Below, piece after piece: positions 33,491 through 45,658 of a DNA stretch of 64,000 nt. Position numbers and translations under genes: made by a program. The stretch is from Amoeboaphelidium occidentale (taxonomy: Eukaryota), in NCBI GenBank assembly GCA_023515795.1, contig JALGPX010000043.1, positions 1 to 64,000 of the forward strand. The letters are read 5' to 3'. The number at the start of each line of letters is the position of its first letter. Position 1 is the stretch's first letter. Below the pieces are notes generated by a model. The model did no database searches, was not told the DNA's origin, and was given only the letters and a program-made list of their open reading frames with translations.

Positions 33491-34818
33491 ATGACGATAA
33501 ATTTACCTTCCTCAAGCAGTGCAACGTCCGGTGTAAGGTATGTATTAGTTTTGATTCATGATCAGGATCTAACCATGCTGTAGCGATGATCAAATCTATG
33601 TCAAGGTATGGCAATGTCCAAGACTTTAAGGAATTTGTCTAATTTGGTTGTGTAGCTGAATCCGAAGAAGTATCCTCAGCGGTCAACCATACAGCACTGG
33701 CAACTTAGAGACTTGTTACATTGTCCTCTAAGCAGATATGAATTCTACTATGTTCACCAGAACAACGTCTACATGTACAATACAAGGCTAGAGCAAGCAT
33801 CAGCTTGCATGAAGGACTTGACCTTCTCACCAACCTCAATGGCTTCAGGTTACGGATATCTTGCTGCTGGAGGTCAAAGGAACCAGCTCATGGTCAGGCA
33901 ATTAAACTCCAGTTGGTTTGCTCAGACGTCAGTCGGTGGATCTATCAACAATGCCATCTGTATTGCAAGTCACCCTAGAACTACTGACACACAAAATGCA
34001 GGAGAGACAAGGTTATTAGTGTGTAACAATGATGAATCGATTAAAATCTTCTCATTGCCATCTTTGCAGAGAGTTACAACACTTGGGCTCCCTACAGCAG
34101 TCAATTACGCTTCGGTGTCGCCAGATGGGCAAAAGCTGTGCGCTGTTGGTGATTCGAATCAAGTATTTCTGTATGACTGCAAATCAAATGGCTTTTATGA
34201 AAGGATTGCAACGCTGACATCAACTAACGACGCTGGCTTTTCTTGTGCATGGAACCATTCTTCTGAACGGTTTGCAGTGGCTACGCAAGATGGCTTTGTG
34301 TCTGTTTGGGATATCAGATATATCAGAACTGGTAACAATGCATTATCTGCACCTTCATCACCATCACGTGGATTTCCTGGCTCATTTTCTTCTGCTCGCT
34401 CTTTTCCTACAAGCCCTGCTGCATACTCTGGTATACCGAGTAATCTTAATCGGGATTCTACAAAGCTGTCAGTTATTCCTTCAACACAAAACCCGCAAGT
34501 AAAGGGGGCTATACGATCAGTGAAGTTCTGCCCTTCCCCAAGTATCGACATTTTGGCATTCTCAGAGCATCTGTCGTATGTCAATTTCGTAGACGCAAGA
34601 ACATTCGATCCTGCATCTAGGCAATCGGTCAGAGTTGGATCTGCCGGTACAGATACCAACATATCTGGCATTAGCTTTAGTCCAGACAGCAGATCTTGTT
34701 TTGTTGGTAAATTATACTTTAAATTTTCGTTTACAGTTTAGGTCTTGAGACATCAGTTTTAGAGTTTGAGGTTGACACTATTTCGCGAAGGTCATTTCCA
34801 AAGGGTACTTTGATATGA
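33491..34818 (+). CDS. WD40-repeat protein (DUF2415-like)
   Basis: TIQHWQLRDL, NNDESIK, VATQDGFVSVWDIR, AFSEH. Confidence 0.8.
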
Positions 34819-34965
34819 GAAGTAATAAAGTGCCGCATATCCCTCTTGCAAAAGGAAACTGCGTAAAATAGGCTGATGTCACCATTTTCTGAATAACTGA
34901 AACCTTTTCACACACTTTTGAAGGCGCTGCGCCACTTGCCGTTTTTTCGATTTGTCTCCACAATT

Positions 34966-37224
34966 ATGGACGTGTTCCAGAAATCGAGATTCTTGGCGCG
35001 CACCATCTCTACTATTCAAGATAAGAAGACCAAAGCTCAAGAGGAGCAGCTGGCTACAACGCTCCACCCCTCTTTAGCCTCTGATAAGAATGTTTTGCAA
35101 CAATTCTCACGAGTATCAGAAAATGTTCGCCAGGATGCTCGAAAAGCAGAGAAAATAAGGCACACTTTGAAGCGCTGGAGGGAGCATATGGCCGATATTG
35201 AGGGAAAACTTCACTCTCTTGGCTCTAAGTTTAGAGATTTCGCAATATCATGGAAAAAGCGTGACGAAGATTCTGAAGGCGAAACTAAGATACGCTCTCC
35301 TTTCCTGCCTCATGAAAAGATTGCACAAGAGAATAAGCTAAGCCACCGTTCAAGTGTTGTCTCGTTCTGTTCATTGAAGGAGGTTGATTTTGCTGAATTC
35401 TCGAACTCTGCTGATAAAGCTGAAAAGCCATACGATTTGACGGAGGATTTGTTAAACATTATCTCAGAGGTTCACGATGCTTTTGGTGAGAAATGTTTGG
35501 CTTTGGAGCATCAGGCCGAACAGTCCCTGGCTTCCCGCTGGACTGCATTTGTTAAGGGAGACGTGAGAGACGCTAGATATCACGGACATGAATTCTTTCG
35601 CTTGTATGCTGAGTACCAGCAGTCAGTAAGAGCGCTAAATCAAATTGTTGCTTCTCAGCAGAAGCTCAATGAAGCAGGAGAATCTCCTCCACTTAAACCA
35701 AATGATCTGAAAAAGCTGACTTCAGCGAGAAAGAGCGTTGATACTTCCAAATCTCTTGTGTTCAATTCTGCTGACAGCTGCGAGAATTCTTTTGGGAAAT
35801 GTCAGACTGAATGGGAATGTGGTCACGTCCCATTTGGCTTGCTGATTTATTTGAAAACATTCAAGAAGAGCATTCAGGATTTGAATACAAGAATCAACGA
35901 ACTGTTTCCTGATGAACAAATTCAATTAATCGAAAAGAAGCTGAACAAGAATTACGAAGAGAAGAAGAAACAAGAGGAAAAGAGGTACGATGTTACTGGT
36001 AAGAAGGAAGAAAAGACTTCTGATGAGTTGGAAGCCGAAGACGGTTGGCAAGAATCTTCGGTCCATGGATTAAGTCGTCCTAATTCAATCATTGCTGTCA
36101 AAGCTCCTGTCTTAGATTGCGCTCCGCAATTTTCACCTCCGCCTCCGCCTGCATTAAGAAAGAAAGATAGCGATTCTTCATTATGCTCGCTTTCTCCTCC
36201 TCCGTCTCCTATTTCTCTTGTTCCCGGCAGACAAGACGATTATTACAGCCAAGTCTCATGGCCTTCTGTTGGAGAAAAGAATATCAATTTCATCAAGAGG
36301 ATAATGAATCCTAATATGGGCTTCTGGATTTCTTTATGCAAGAGTTCATCTAGTCCTCTTTCTCCGAATGAGACCCTACCAATGATGTTGCCTATAAACA
36401 ATAATCCTGATTTATCATTGTATGATGCGATTAAGATCATGGTCAAGATAGCCTCTGATACTAACGCATTGACTGAATGGCTGGGCCAAATCTTGTTTAA
36501 GTTTGGTGATAAGATCATTGTTAGCGATCTGAATGATTTTGTCAGCGGGAATTTCAAAAGCTGGGAAGATCTTGAATGGCCTACTATCAAATCCTACTTT
36601 CCAGTCCATCAAATGGCATTTGTCTTGATGTTGCATATATTCTGGATTACCAGTAGAACATTTATAGATAAAACTATAAAAGAAATAGTTCATGGTATCT
36701 CTCAATGTAAGGGCAAAACGTTTGATGAGCAGGAATCTCTGAAAAAGAAAACGTTTAGAGTTGTATTGGGACAGAAAGGATTCTTGACAAGGTAATTGCT
36801 TTTGTTTTACAGCAAACTGATAATTAGGGCTGCGAAGGAATGTTTTCTTGTTTTGAAGAATCGAGTATCTATTGACGGTGTACAAACACCTCAACCTGCT
36901 GACTTGAGTTGCATTGCAATCGTATTGTTTGAGCATTTGCTATTTCCAACGTGGAACCTTTTTGGGAATGGCGATTATAAAGTTGAAGGGATCAATTCTG
37001 AAACTGCTGATGTTGCTTCCTTTGTTATCTGGACAAACCAGTACAAGAAGATTATAAGAAAAGCGCTGTCTACCAAAGATGATCAGGACGAGCTTTGTCG
37101 GACCACAATGAATTTCTTGTCGAGTATTTGTTCAAGTATTCCTAATTACACAAAGCCTGATGCTGATTTGTGGATGTTGAGCGAATTAATTAATTCTTTT
37201 GAGGCTTCTTACTGTAACTTCTAA
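34966..37224 (+). CDS. Unknown protein: helical/BAR-like N-terminus, proline-rich linker, helical C-terminus
   Basis: Long ORF plus second exon; PPPPPP segment. Domain assignment tentative. Confidence 0.6.
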
Positions 37225-37241
37225 ATAGCAATAGATTCTAT

Positions 37242-38051
37242 TCATACAAAACTCTGCATCTCGGTATCGTTCTCAAGCCGTCTCAAGAAAGCTGAAGTAA
37301 ATAAGGTTTTATCGTACAGAGAAGGTTTAGTGTTCCTTCGAAGCGCTCGTATCCTGTACAAGATAAATGATGCGATTGCAACTAACACAGATATCGCTGC
37401 AATTAAGAAAACGATTAAGACGGTTTTGTCAACTGGTACAAAAATAACTTCGCTTGTGGTGCGATACTGCAGTGCATTACTGGCGTATATGTCGATTGTT
37501 ATTGTACTGCTGGGCATAAAGTTGTACTCGGCTGGAAAGCGTTCATCTAACTCTGGCGCTTTCGTGCTTTCACAGCCGATACCCACGAGGTCTAATGCTC
37601 TACCATCTTGTAATCGATTTTCAAATGGAAATTTCCAACGATCTTCCACGAAATCAAGGGTAAAGCATAAACGAGACACAGTCAATGAAGATTCGTTCGG
37701 ATACAATAGCTTTGGTATTCCTAACAATTGATCTCCGCTGTCCCATGATTCAGTCAGAGGTATAGAAACCGTCCATTGCAAAGATCCTTTGTCGGAATAA
37801 GCTAGCGAAAGTAAATCGGAATCCATGATACTGTCTAGCTCCAGATCTACACTGTATCTTGTCTCATCAATGCGGCTAAACCCAAAACTTGATCCACCAG
37901 GTTGAAAGATAACGCCAAATGCATGATCAGGACTGAACAATGGCTTAAACTCTTCAACCTTCTCCTTGATCTCTTTATGTCCTGCATCAAATACCCCCAC
38001 AGCCAGCACCAGCACCAAAATCACCACAACGACTGCGGCGATAAGAAGCAT
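37242..38051 (-). CDS. Unknown membrane protein (N- and C-terminal TM segments)
   Basis: ORF with two hydrophobic helices. Confidence 0.6.
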   Translation of the reverse strand: MLLIAAVVVVILVLVLAVGVFDAGHKEIKEKVEEFKPLFSPDHAFGVIFQPGGSSFGFSRIDETRYSVDLELDSIMDSDLLSLAYSDKGSLQWTVSIPLTESWDSGDQLLGIPKLLYPNESSLTVSRLCFTLDFVEDRWKFPFENRLQDGRALDLVGIGCESTKAPELDERFPAEYNFMPSSTITIDIYASNALQYRTTSEVIFVPVDKTVLIVFLIAAISVLVAIASFILYRIRALRRNTKPSLYDKTLFTSAFLRRLENDTEMQSFV

Positions 38052-38340
38052 AATTACTAACCTCAAGATCTTGATGTCAGAATGTACAAGCAAAGAAAAG
38101 TACCGTGCATGGCAAACAGCATATTGTACACACTACATTACTAGCACAATCGCACATCTTTAACGCCCCTACTAATTGATATGGAGAAATTTTGTTTGTC
38201 TGTGTGATTTTGCGTATCATAGAGACGGTTGCTAGGCGCAGAGCCTCACGAGGTGAAGCATTTAAAACTGGGCTTTCGGTGACAGCTCCGAATATTTAGT
38301 GCTTCGCGTGATCTTGAAGTGCATTGCTGAACTTATATGG

Positions 38341-39504
38341 TCAATGCCAAGAGTTGAAACAGTTCTTTTCATTATTTTTCAGAAGCAAAGAATGTTGGAG
38401 CTGACACAAAAGATTTCCCCACGGCTCTTCAAGATATCAGAAATAATTTCAAAGGAAGGCGTAGGAAAGTATCGAATGCAGCAGATAATGCACGCGATTT
38501 ACCGGAAACGTGCATCAAAGTACAGCGAAATTACTACGATTCCGGTGGCGTTGCGATCAAAGATCATTAATGAACTGGGAGACGATATCCTTTCACTAAC
38601 ACCAACTGTGGCTCAGAAATCGCAGCAATGTGAGAAATTACTTTTCAAGCTACACGACAATTCTGCTATTGAATCCGTGTGGATGCAGTTCCGTGATAGT
38701 GGCCATCGATCTGTCTGCATTAGCTCCCAAGCTGGATGTTCACTTGCCTGTTCTTTCTGTTCTACTGGGAAAGCTGGTTTTAAGAGACAATTAACAACGG
38801 ATGAAATAGTTGATCAAGTAATGTACTTCCAAAGATCCCGTGATGGTAGCGAATCTGCTTCAGGAGTTGACACTGTTTCGTTTATGGGCATGGGCGAGGC
38901 TTTTGGTAATCCTCGTTGTTTCGATGCTTTAAAGGTTCTTACGGACAAGGACTGTTTTGGTTTCTCTCCTTCGCGTTTGAATGTTAGCACGGTTGGAATG
39001 ATTCCTGGAATAGCAAAACTCAAGAATGAATTTCCTAAAGTTAATCTGGCTTTCTCTTTGCATTCTCCATTTAATGATGAAAGGACAAAACTTATTCCGC
39101 TGAACAGAATGTATCCTTTGGCTGAAGTAATGAAGGAGCTTGTGTCGTATTGTGAAGTTGCGCGCCAAAAGGTTTTACTTGCGTACTTGGTTTTGCCTGG
39201 ATTAAATGATACTGAAGATCATGCTAAAGCAATAAGGAACCTTCTTGATGAGATTCCATCGCATCTACGAGGATTCTTCAGGCTGAATTTAATCAGATAC
39301 AATCCAGCCGAAGGTGTCGACATTGATTATCAGCGGACCACCAGAGAGAAACTTGAGGTTTTTAAATCTTTCCTGAATGCCGAAGATATTCCTTTCACTC
39401 TGCGACAATCGTTTGGGGTCGATATTGATGCAGCCTGTGGTCAACTATACAACAATTCCATCAAGAACATTGATCAGATCAGAAAGACGGGTTTAACAGG
39501 ATGA
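38341..39504 (+). CDS. Cfr/RlmN-family radical-SAM RNA methyltransferase, Cfr-like
   Basis: CISSQAGCSLACSFC (CxxxCxxC), FMGMGEA, FSLHSP, NLIRYNP, RQSFGVDIDAACGQLY. Start could be 38341 or 38392. Confidence 0.9.
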   Translation, partial: SMPRVETVLFIIFQKQRMLELTQKISPRLFKISEIISKEGVGKYRMQQIMHAIYRKRASKYSEITTIPVALRSKIINELGDDILSLTPTVAQKSQQCEKLLFKLHDNSAIESVWMQFRDSGHRSVCISSQAGCSLACSFCSTGKAGFKRQLTTDEIVDQVMYFQRSRDGSESASGVDTVSFMGMGEAFGNPRCFDALKVLTDKDCFGFSPSRLNVSTVGMIPGIAKLKNEFPKVNLAFSLHSPFNDERTKLIPLNRMYPLAEVMKELVSYCEVARQKVLLAYLVLPGLNDTEDHAKAIRNLLDEIPSHLRGFFRLNLIRYNPAEGVDIDYQRTTREKLEVFKSFLNAEDIPFTLRQSFGVDIDAACGQLYNNSIKNIDQIRKTGLTG

Positions 39505-39754
39505 ACATAAACGCACGAAAGAATAGCTTTACTCTTTAAATTTGTAGTGCGGCTTGCCGATGTGTTTCGTTAACTGTTTATCAAGAGATTAGCATTTTAC
39601 AAGTCAGATGAGCTCGTTAGAGGAATTGATGGTGTTATGTAATGCACATCCAAAGAATTCATCCTCGTAGAATAAAATATGTACAGCTCGAGAACGATCT
39701 CGCTTTGTGTCCGACCGCTGTAAACAATCTCATCAATAAAACAACTGCAGCTTC

Positions 39755-40796
39755 ATGGAAGAGTGCCTGGGAATGATTTCATACATAAAAGACTGGATAT
39801 TATCTTGCATTTTTCCTGATAGAAGGCCTGTCAATTTGCACAACCACAAGTTGAAGGTCATCAAAAGAATCGGCGAAGGTTGTGTTCCATGATGCTCAAG
39901 ATGATATTTAGCTTATGAGTTAAGGCGGCTTCTCTTTTGTGTATTTGGTTAAATCGAACTCTTACAAGGATGAAGAAGACGCTGTAACTTCGTCTGCACC
40001 ACAGAGACCAAAAAGCAAGGGAGGCTCATACCTTTATGCCCTAAAACGGATAAAAATTCAACTCGAAGAACAAGAAAGATCTTTTGAAAAGGAGCTTCAT
40101 TATCACAAGTTAATTGGGTTACATCCAAATGTTATCACTTTAATTGATGGAGAATTAGTTCATCATGGTAACGGTATCAAGGAAGGATTGCTTCTGTTCC
40201 CGTTTTACAAGAAGGGTACATGGCAAGACCTTATTAACAGATCACAGCTGAATGGAGAAACCGTCGACTTAAAACGGCTTATGACGCTTTTTACAGGAGT
40301 TTGTAATGGATTATTGGCTTTCCATCAACAGCCTACAGCGCTTGCTTTCAGGGATTTGAAACCAGCCAATATTCTTATTGATGGTACAGGGCAATCAGTT
40401 CTTATGGATTTAGGTTCAGTCCAACCAGCTCGATTTGAGATAAGAAGCAGAGCGGAGGCTGTCGCGTTACAAGATTTGGCATCGGAAACAGTTACAGCAC
40501 CTTTTCGACCACCAGAACTATTCGAAGTACCAAGTCAAGCACAATTGGATGAAAGGACAGATGTCTGGAGTCTAGGATGTACACTTTATGCAATGATCAC
40601 GGGTTCATCGCCTTTTGACGGAAGTGCGACCTCTGCTATGAGTGGAAGACTGAATTTTAACTTACCTGCCTTCTCTAATTACCCACACTCGGTTAAAACA
40701 CTGATATCGTCTATGATTGTGGTAGATTTAAAGCAGAGACCGTTTGTTACTGATATTCTTCAGCAAACGAAAAGCTTGAAACTTGTTACTGAATAG
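39755..40796 (+). CDS. NAK-family Ser/Thr kinase (STK16/Env7-like)
   Basis: IGEG/GFSFVYL across intron 39879-39924; YALKRI; FRDLKPAN; MDLGS; FRPPELF. Confidence 0.9.
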
Positions 40797-40829
40797 AAAC
40801 CGCGATTTTGTGTTCAATTATAGAGCTAC

Positions 40830-41540
40830 ATGGCACTATTCGATAATGTGCAACTGGGAGACATTGTCTTATTCAGTGATATTTACTGGATAACATCGTT
40901 ACTTACCAGATTTGGAACTGTTTCACGCTGGACTCACGTCGCAATGGTTGTTGGATTGCCTCAGTCACGCAGAGATGATGTTTTGATTTTCGAAATATCA
41001 AACACTTTGGTGCACCCTTTGTATGATCATCTATCTGAGACGTACAAGAAGAAAGGAGCAAGAGTTGTAAGCCTAAGAGAACGGTTGAAACAATACCCAA
41101 AGCATGGCGAGTCCGTGATGATCATGTCGCTGGTTAATCATCGCATTCCGCGACCTATGATATCGTTCTACATGGAATCTGAACTTATAGAAATACTTAA
41201 TTGCATGAAGAATGTCTCTTTTAGAGATTCATGGCACTTACTAATACGAGCGGCGATATCACATAATTGGCGAGCTTTCAGACCATCTGCGATACGAAGG
41301 GATTTAAAGATCATTTACGAGTTGCAGTACAGAAAGTCGACGCTATTCTGCTCAGAAGCCCTTATAATTGTTTTACAAGAGTTGGGTATTCTTAATAGGT
41401 TTTGCAATCCCAAGCGCTATGTTCCTGCCGATTTTGGATGCAGATACTACAAAGACAATGTTCAACCTCCATTATTGCCGTTAAAGCGCGGATGGAACTA
41501 TACTCCTTTGCTATGTTTAAGGCTCAAGGCTTTGCGATGA
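40830..41540 (+). CDS. Permuted papain-like NlpC/P60 (YiiX/YaeF-like) enzyme
   Basis: GDIVLF, WTHVAMV (His) upstream of LFCSE (Cys), then VPADF. Confidence 0.8.
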   Translation: MALFDNVQLGDIVLFSDIYWITSLLTRFGTVSRWTHVAMVVGLPQSRRDDVLIFEISNTLVHPLYDHLSETYKKKGARVVSLRERLKQYPKHGESVMIMSLVNHRIPRPMISFYMESELIEILNCMKNVSFRDSWHLLIRAAISHNWRAFRPSAIRRDLKIIYELQYRKSTLFCSEALIIVLQELGILNRFCNPKRYVPADFGCRYYKDNVQPPLLPLKRGWNYTPLLCLRLKALR

Positions 41541-41610
41541 AACTTGTGCGCTTGGAATAGAGTGTCCATGAAACACCCTTTTCTCGTTTTTGATATCTGA
41601 TCGTGTCGAA

Positions 41611-43035
41611 ATGTTCAATTACAAACGCAGCATGTTTCGATATTTCTCCAGCGTAGTTGCGCCCAGACTGAAAGAAGAGTCAGCAGAGATACCGCAGGCA
41701 GCTGCGAAGAGTGTCACCTTTTACCGAAGAGAGCTGCCTGCCCATTTGATCTCATTTACATCTACGAAAGGCAAACGATTATTTAAAGAGAGCTTAGAGT
41801 CTGGATATGCGGAGAATTACTTTCCGCTCGTGGGGAATTTCACCACGCAGTCTGAACCGGAGTTTTGCGCTTTGGGAAGTCTTGCGATGGTTCTCAATGC
41901 TTTGGAATTGGATCCTGGTAAACAATGGAAAGGCGTCTGGCGGTGGTATTCGGACGACAATTTGGAATGTTCCGCTGTGAATGCGAACAGCATCAAAGGA
42001 AAAGGCGTCACGTTCCGAGAATTTGCTTGTTTGGCAAAATGCAATGGTCTGAGTGTGCAAAGCAAGAGGTCCGACACAGTCACGAAGGAAGAATTCATGG
42101 CAGACTTACAGTCTGTTTGCCAGTCTGTAGATTCTCATATGGTGGTTTCCTTCTCTAGAAAGACTCTTGGGCAAACTGGCGATGGTCATTTCAGTCCAGT
42201 AGGAGCATTTAACAAGGAACGAAACATGGCTTTGGTTTTAGATACGGCGAGGTTTAAGTATCCCTCATACTTTGCGTCTGCAGATCTGCTTTTTGAGTCT
42301 ATGAAGCCTATTGACAAGGATACTGGTTTACCAAGAGGATATTTTGTGCTAAAGAGAGGCAGCACGAAACGATGCAATAATCACCTTTCTTTATGCCGTC
42401 TCACGCATTCTATCGGTGTATCTAATCCAAAACTTGCAAAGTTGTTCTGCAGTCAACTACCTAAACATCTGAAGGAAATCAATCCTTCCTCTTTGGTTGA
42501 TGCAATTTGTCACATCTTGCGGTTCATTCCAGCAGAATATTCTGCACTAATTAGTGTAAATGATGTTCATTCAAATGCAGTGGACCTGGCTTCTCCAACA
42601 GGCAAGCCAGGTTGTGATCTCCTAAGAGAGTTTGATAAGGAATTGTCTGTTATGCTACGAGAATTGACATGTTCTCCTTTGTTCACAAGTGTTAAAGCAG
42701 CAATGGGCGTGGTTTATGGTCAGAAAGAGCGCCCGCAAGTTTATGAAATGTTGCAAAAGTATACCGGAATAGCCCCTGAGGATTTGGACGCTTCGCTGGC
42801 TACTATTTTTATGCTTTCGTGTCCTAGAGAAGTTTTCAGAACATTAGATCCTGTACTACTACAAGAAATTGACGCGTATCGACGAAAAGATGCAATGAGC
42901 GATGTTTTGCGTCCAGAAGTAGAAAGAATCAGCGAGCAATTGAGCACTTTGATGAATGATTATTGTAAATGCTTTCAAAAGAACGCTGCTTTAGAGAAAT
43001 TGCCTTCGGTCCGATTATCATTGGGCTGTGTGTAA
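41611..43035 (+). CDS. PCS1: Phytochelatin synthase
   Basis: FYRRELP, QSEPEFC (Cys), WKGVWRWY, GQTGDGHFSP (His), LDTARFKY (Asp). Confidence 0.95.
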   Translation: MFNYKRSMFRYFSSVVAPRLKEESAEIPQAAAKSVTFYRRELPAHLISFTSTKGKRLFKESLESGYAENYFPLVGNFTTQSEPEFCALGSLAMVLNALELDPGKQWKGVWRWYSDDNLECSAVNANSIKGKGVTFREFACLAKCNGLSVQSKRSDTVTKEEFMADLQSVCQSVDSHMVVSFSRKTLGQTGDGHFSPVGAFNKERNMALVLDTARFKYPSYFASADLLFESMKPIDKDTGLPRGYFVLKRGSTKRCNNHLSLCRLTHSIGVSNPKLAKLFCSQLPKHLKEINPSSLVDAICHILRFIPAEYSALISVNDVHSNAVDLASPTGKPGCDLLREFDKELSVMLRELTCSPLFTSVKAAMGVVYGQKERPQVYEMLQKYTGIAPEDLDASLATIFMLSCPREVFRTLDPVLLQEIDAYRRKDAMSDVLRPEVERISEQLSTLMNDYCKCFQKNAALEKLPSVRLSLGCV

Positions 43036-43059
43036 TTTAAATTTAAAATCATCAAGAGT

Positions 43060-45437
43060 CTATTGTTTGAAGTTCACTTCCTCTGTGGCGTTTGGTGCCT
43101 CAGCTGTCAATTGGTCGAACTGAGTTTTCTCATGCCACTGTCTTGGACCAAGAAGATTTATCATATCTTCCTTATTAATAACTTCTTTCTTTAACAATAA
43201 TTGTGCAACCTTTTCTACATCTTCCTTCTTTTCCTTGAGTAAATCAACTGTTCTGTCGTATGCCTTTTTGATTAAAGTTCTTGCTTGGTCATCGATTAAC
43301 TTTGCAGTAGCTTCAGAGTATGGTTTCTGGAATCTCTGCTCGTTATCAGACGGATTGCCGTAGGATACTGTTCCCACCTCAGCATTCATACCATATGTGA
43401 CTATTTGTGCATATGCCATCTTTGTTACTTTATCCAAATCATCTTGAGCACCTGTCGTTATGGACGGGAAGAAAATCTGTTCTGAGACTCTTCCACCAAG
43501 CGTCATACACATCCTGTCCATCAATTGATCAGTAGATAGAAGGTATCGTTCTTTTGGCAAGTATTGAGCGTAACCCAGTGCAGCTACACCTCGAGGAATA
43601 ATTGAAACTTTCAATAATGGATCTGCATGTTCCAAATACCATCCGGCAACAGCATGACCAGCTTCATGGTATGCGACAGTCTTCTTTTCTTCAGGAGAAA
43701 GGACTCTTGATTTTCTTTCTAATCCAGCAATCACTCTTTCAATTGCTGCCTCAAAATGTTTCTCTGTAACAGAATCTGCATTGTGGCGAGCGGCGATCAA
43801 AGCAGCTTCATTACAAACGTTTGCAATATCTGCTCCAGAAAATCCTGGAGTTAATGTTGCAAGCTTCTTTGACAATTCTACAAGATCTTCATTAGTCTTA
43901 ATAGGCTTCAAGTGAACACGGAAGATATCGGCTCTTCCCTTGATATCAGGTCTATCGATGGCAATGTGTCTATCAAATCTTCCAGGTCTAGTCAATGCAG
44001 GGTCTAAAGTGTCTGGTCTGTTTGTACCGGCTAAAACAACCACATGTTCGTCAGTACCAAAACCATCCATTTCAACAAGCAATTGATTCAATGTAGATTC
44101 TCTCTCATCATTTCCACCACCAAACTTTCCTTTACCTCTAGCTTTACCGATTGCATCAATTTCATCAATGAAAACAATCGAAGGGGCCATCTTCTTTGCG
44201 TTTGCAAACAGATCTCTAACTCTTGAAGGACCAACACCAACAAACATTTCCAAGAATTCTGAACCTGAAACACTCAAGAACGGAACACCAGCTTCACCGG
44301 CAGTAGCTTTAGCCAACAATGTTTTACCTAAAAAATGTCAGAACTTTAAGATGTAATATTACCTGTTCCCGGAGGTCCAGACAAGATGGCACCCTTTGGA
44401 ATTTTTGCTCCAAGCCTCTCGTATTTCTGTGGGTTCTTCAGGAATCTAACAAACTCCATAATTTCTTCTTTTGCCTCATCCATTCCAGCAACATCCTTGA
44501 ATCTGACTTTGACATCGGATTCCTGGTTGAACAATTTTGCCTTTGACTTTCCAATACCAAACAATCCTTGAGAGCCACCCATGCCACCTTTTGACATACC
44601 ACCAATAGCTCTTTGAGACATCCAAATCATCACACCAATGAAAAGCGCAGTAGGTAGTAGTCCAATAATCACGCTGCTCCAATTGACGCCTGTTTCGTAC
44701 ATAATCTTGATACGATCATCTTCTTTAATGCCTAGTTTATCCTGTACACGATCAACCTTTCTCTCAAAATCTTCAGCAGACGGAATTTCAACTTCGAACT
44801 GATGACCACGCCTTGGCAGCGAAGAATTTCTATCAAACTGAGGTGAATTAGGAATCAAAGTAATTCGAGCCGTGTGCTGATTTAAAATTGATATCTGCGC
44901 AACTTGACCCTTTGAAAGCAGTTCACTTTGGAGTTCTTGATATGATATCTTCTTTGTCGGTGCCATTCCGGAACTTGGAAGTGACATCAGCAATGCAGCC
45001 ATAGCAAACCAAAGTAACGCATTCCTCATTGATTTATCCTGCAAAGGATTCTCATTCTTCTTATCTTTTGAGCTCTTTGGCTTATCTTCTTTGGGCGCCT
45101 CTTTAAACTCGTTTACAGGTCTCTGAGGCTGTTCCTTTGGCGACTGATTCTGCTGGTGCTGCTGTTCAGAAGATTCAGAACGCTTAGGCCCTCTATTAGG
45201 CGCACTCTTTCCAAAGAATCCTTCAAATCCTTCTGGTATCTTCCATTGTGGTTTATCTTGTTCTTGTTTTTCTCTGACGTATCGTGTTGACGTAAACGAT
45301 CTTTTAGGCGCAAGGCTGAATCTCCCTGCGCTTCTTAATCCATTCAATGCGACTGTGCGCTCATTTGATCTCAGCGCACTGGACAATTTGATATCATTCA
45401 GGGCTGTTCTCAAAAGGAATAATCTAAGCGTTGTCAT
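43060..45437 (-). CDS. Mitochondrial m-AAA protease (Yta12/Afg3/AFG3L2)
   Basis: GPPGTG/KT split by an intron, FIDEID, HEAGH zinc motif, two TMs. Confidence 0.95.
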
Positions 45438-45658
45438 TTGATGAAAATCAGCGGTAAGAAATGGCACAAGGTTGCTTTGATCAGCGAGCAATTTCGTAAT
45501 GAGCCCGTCATTGCCTTTCAGACACGAATGCCTTCTTTAAAGTTCTACCATTGTTCGATTAAAGCACTTTAAAGGCGCTTAAAGTTACCATGCGATGAAC
45601 TGAAACCATCTGGGCGTGTTTGATCAAGCCAACATTTTCTAGCAACGAGCAAACTATC

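Noticed and set aside
45520..45580. Imperfect inverted repeat (CTTTAAAG twice) between the m-AAA and HID1 genes
   Set aside because: Short and AT-rich, with no recognisable RNA-family boxes.
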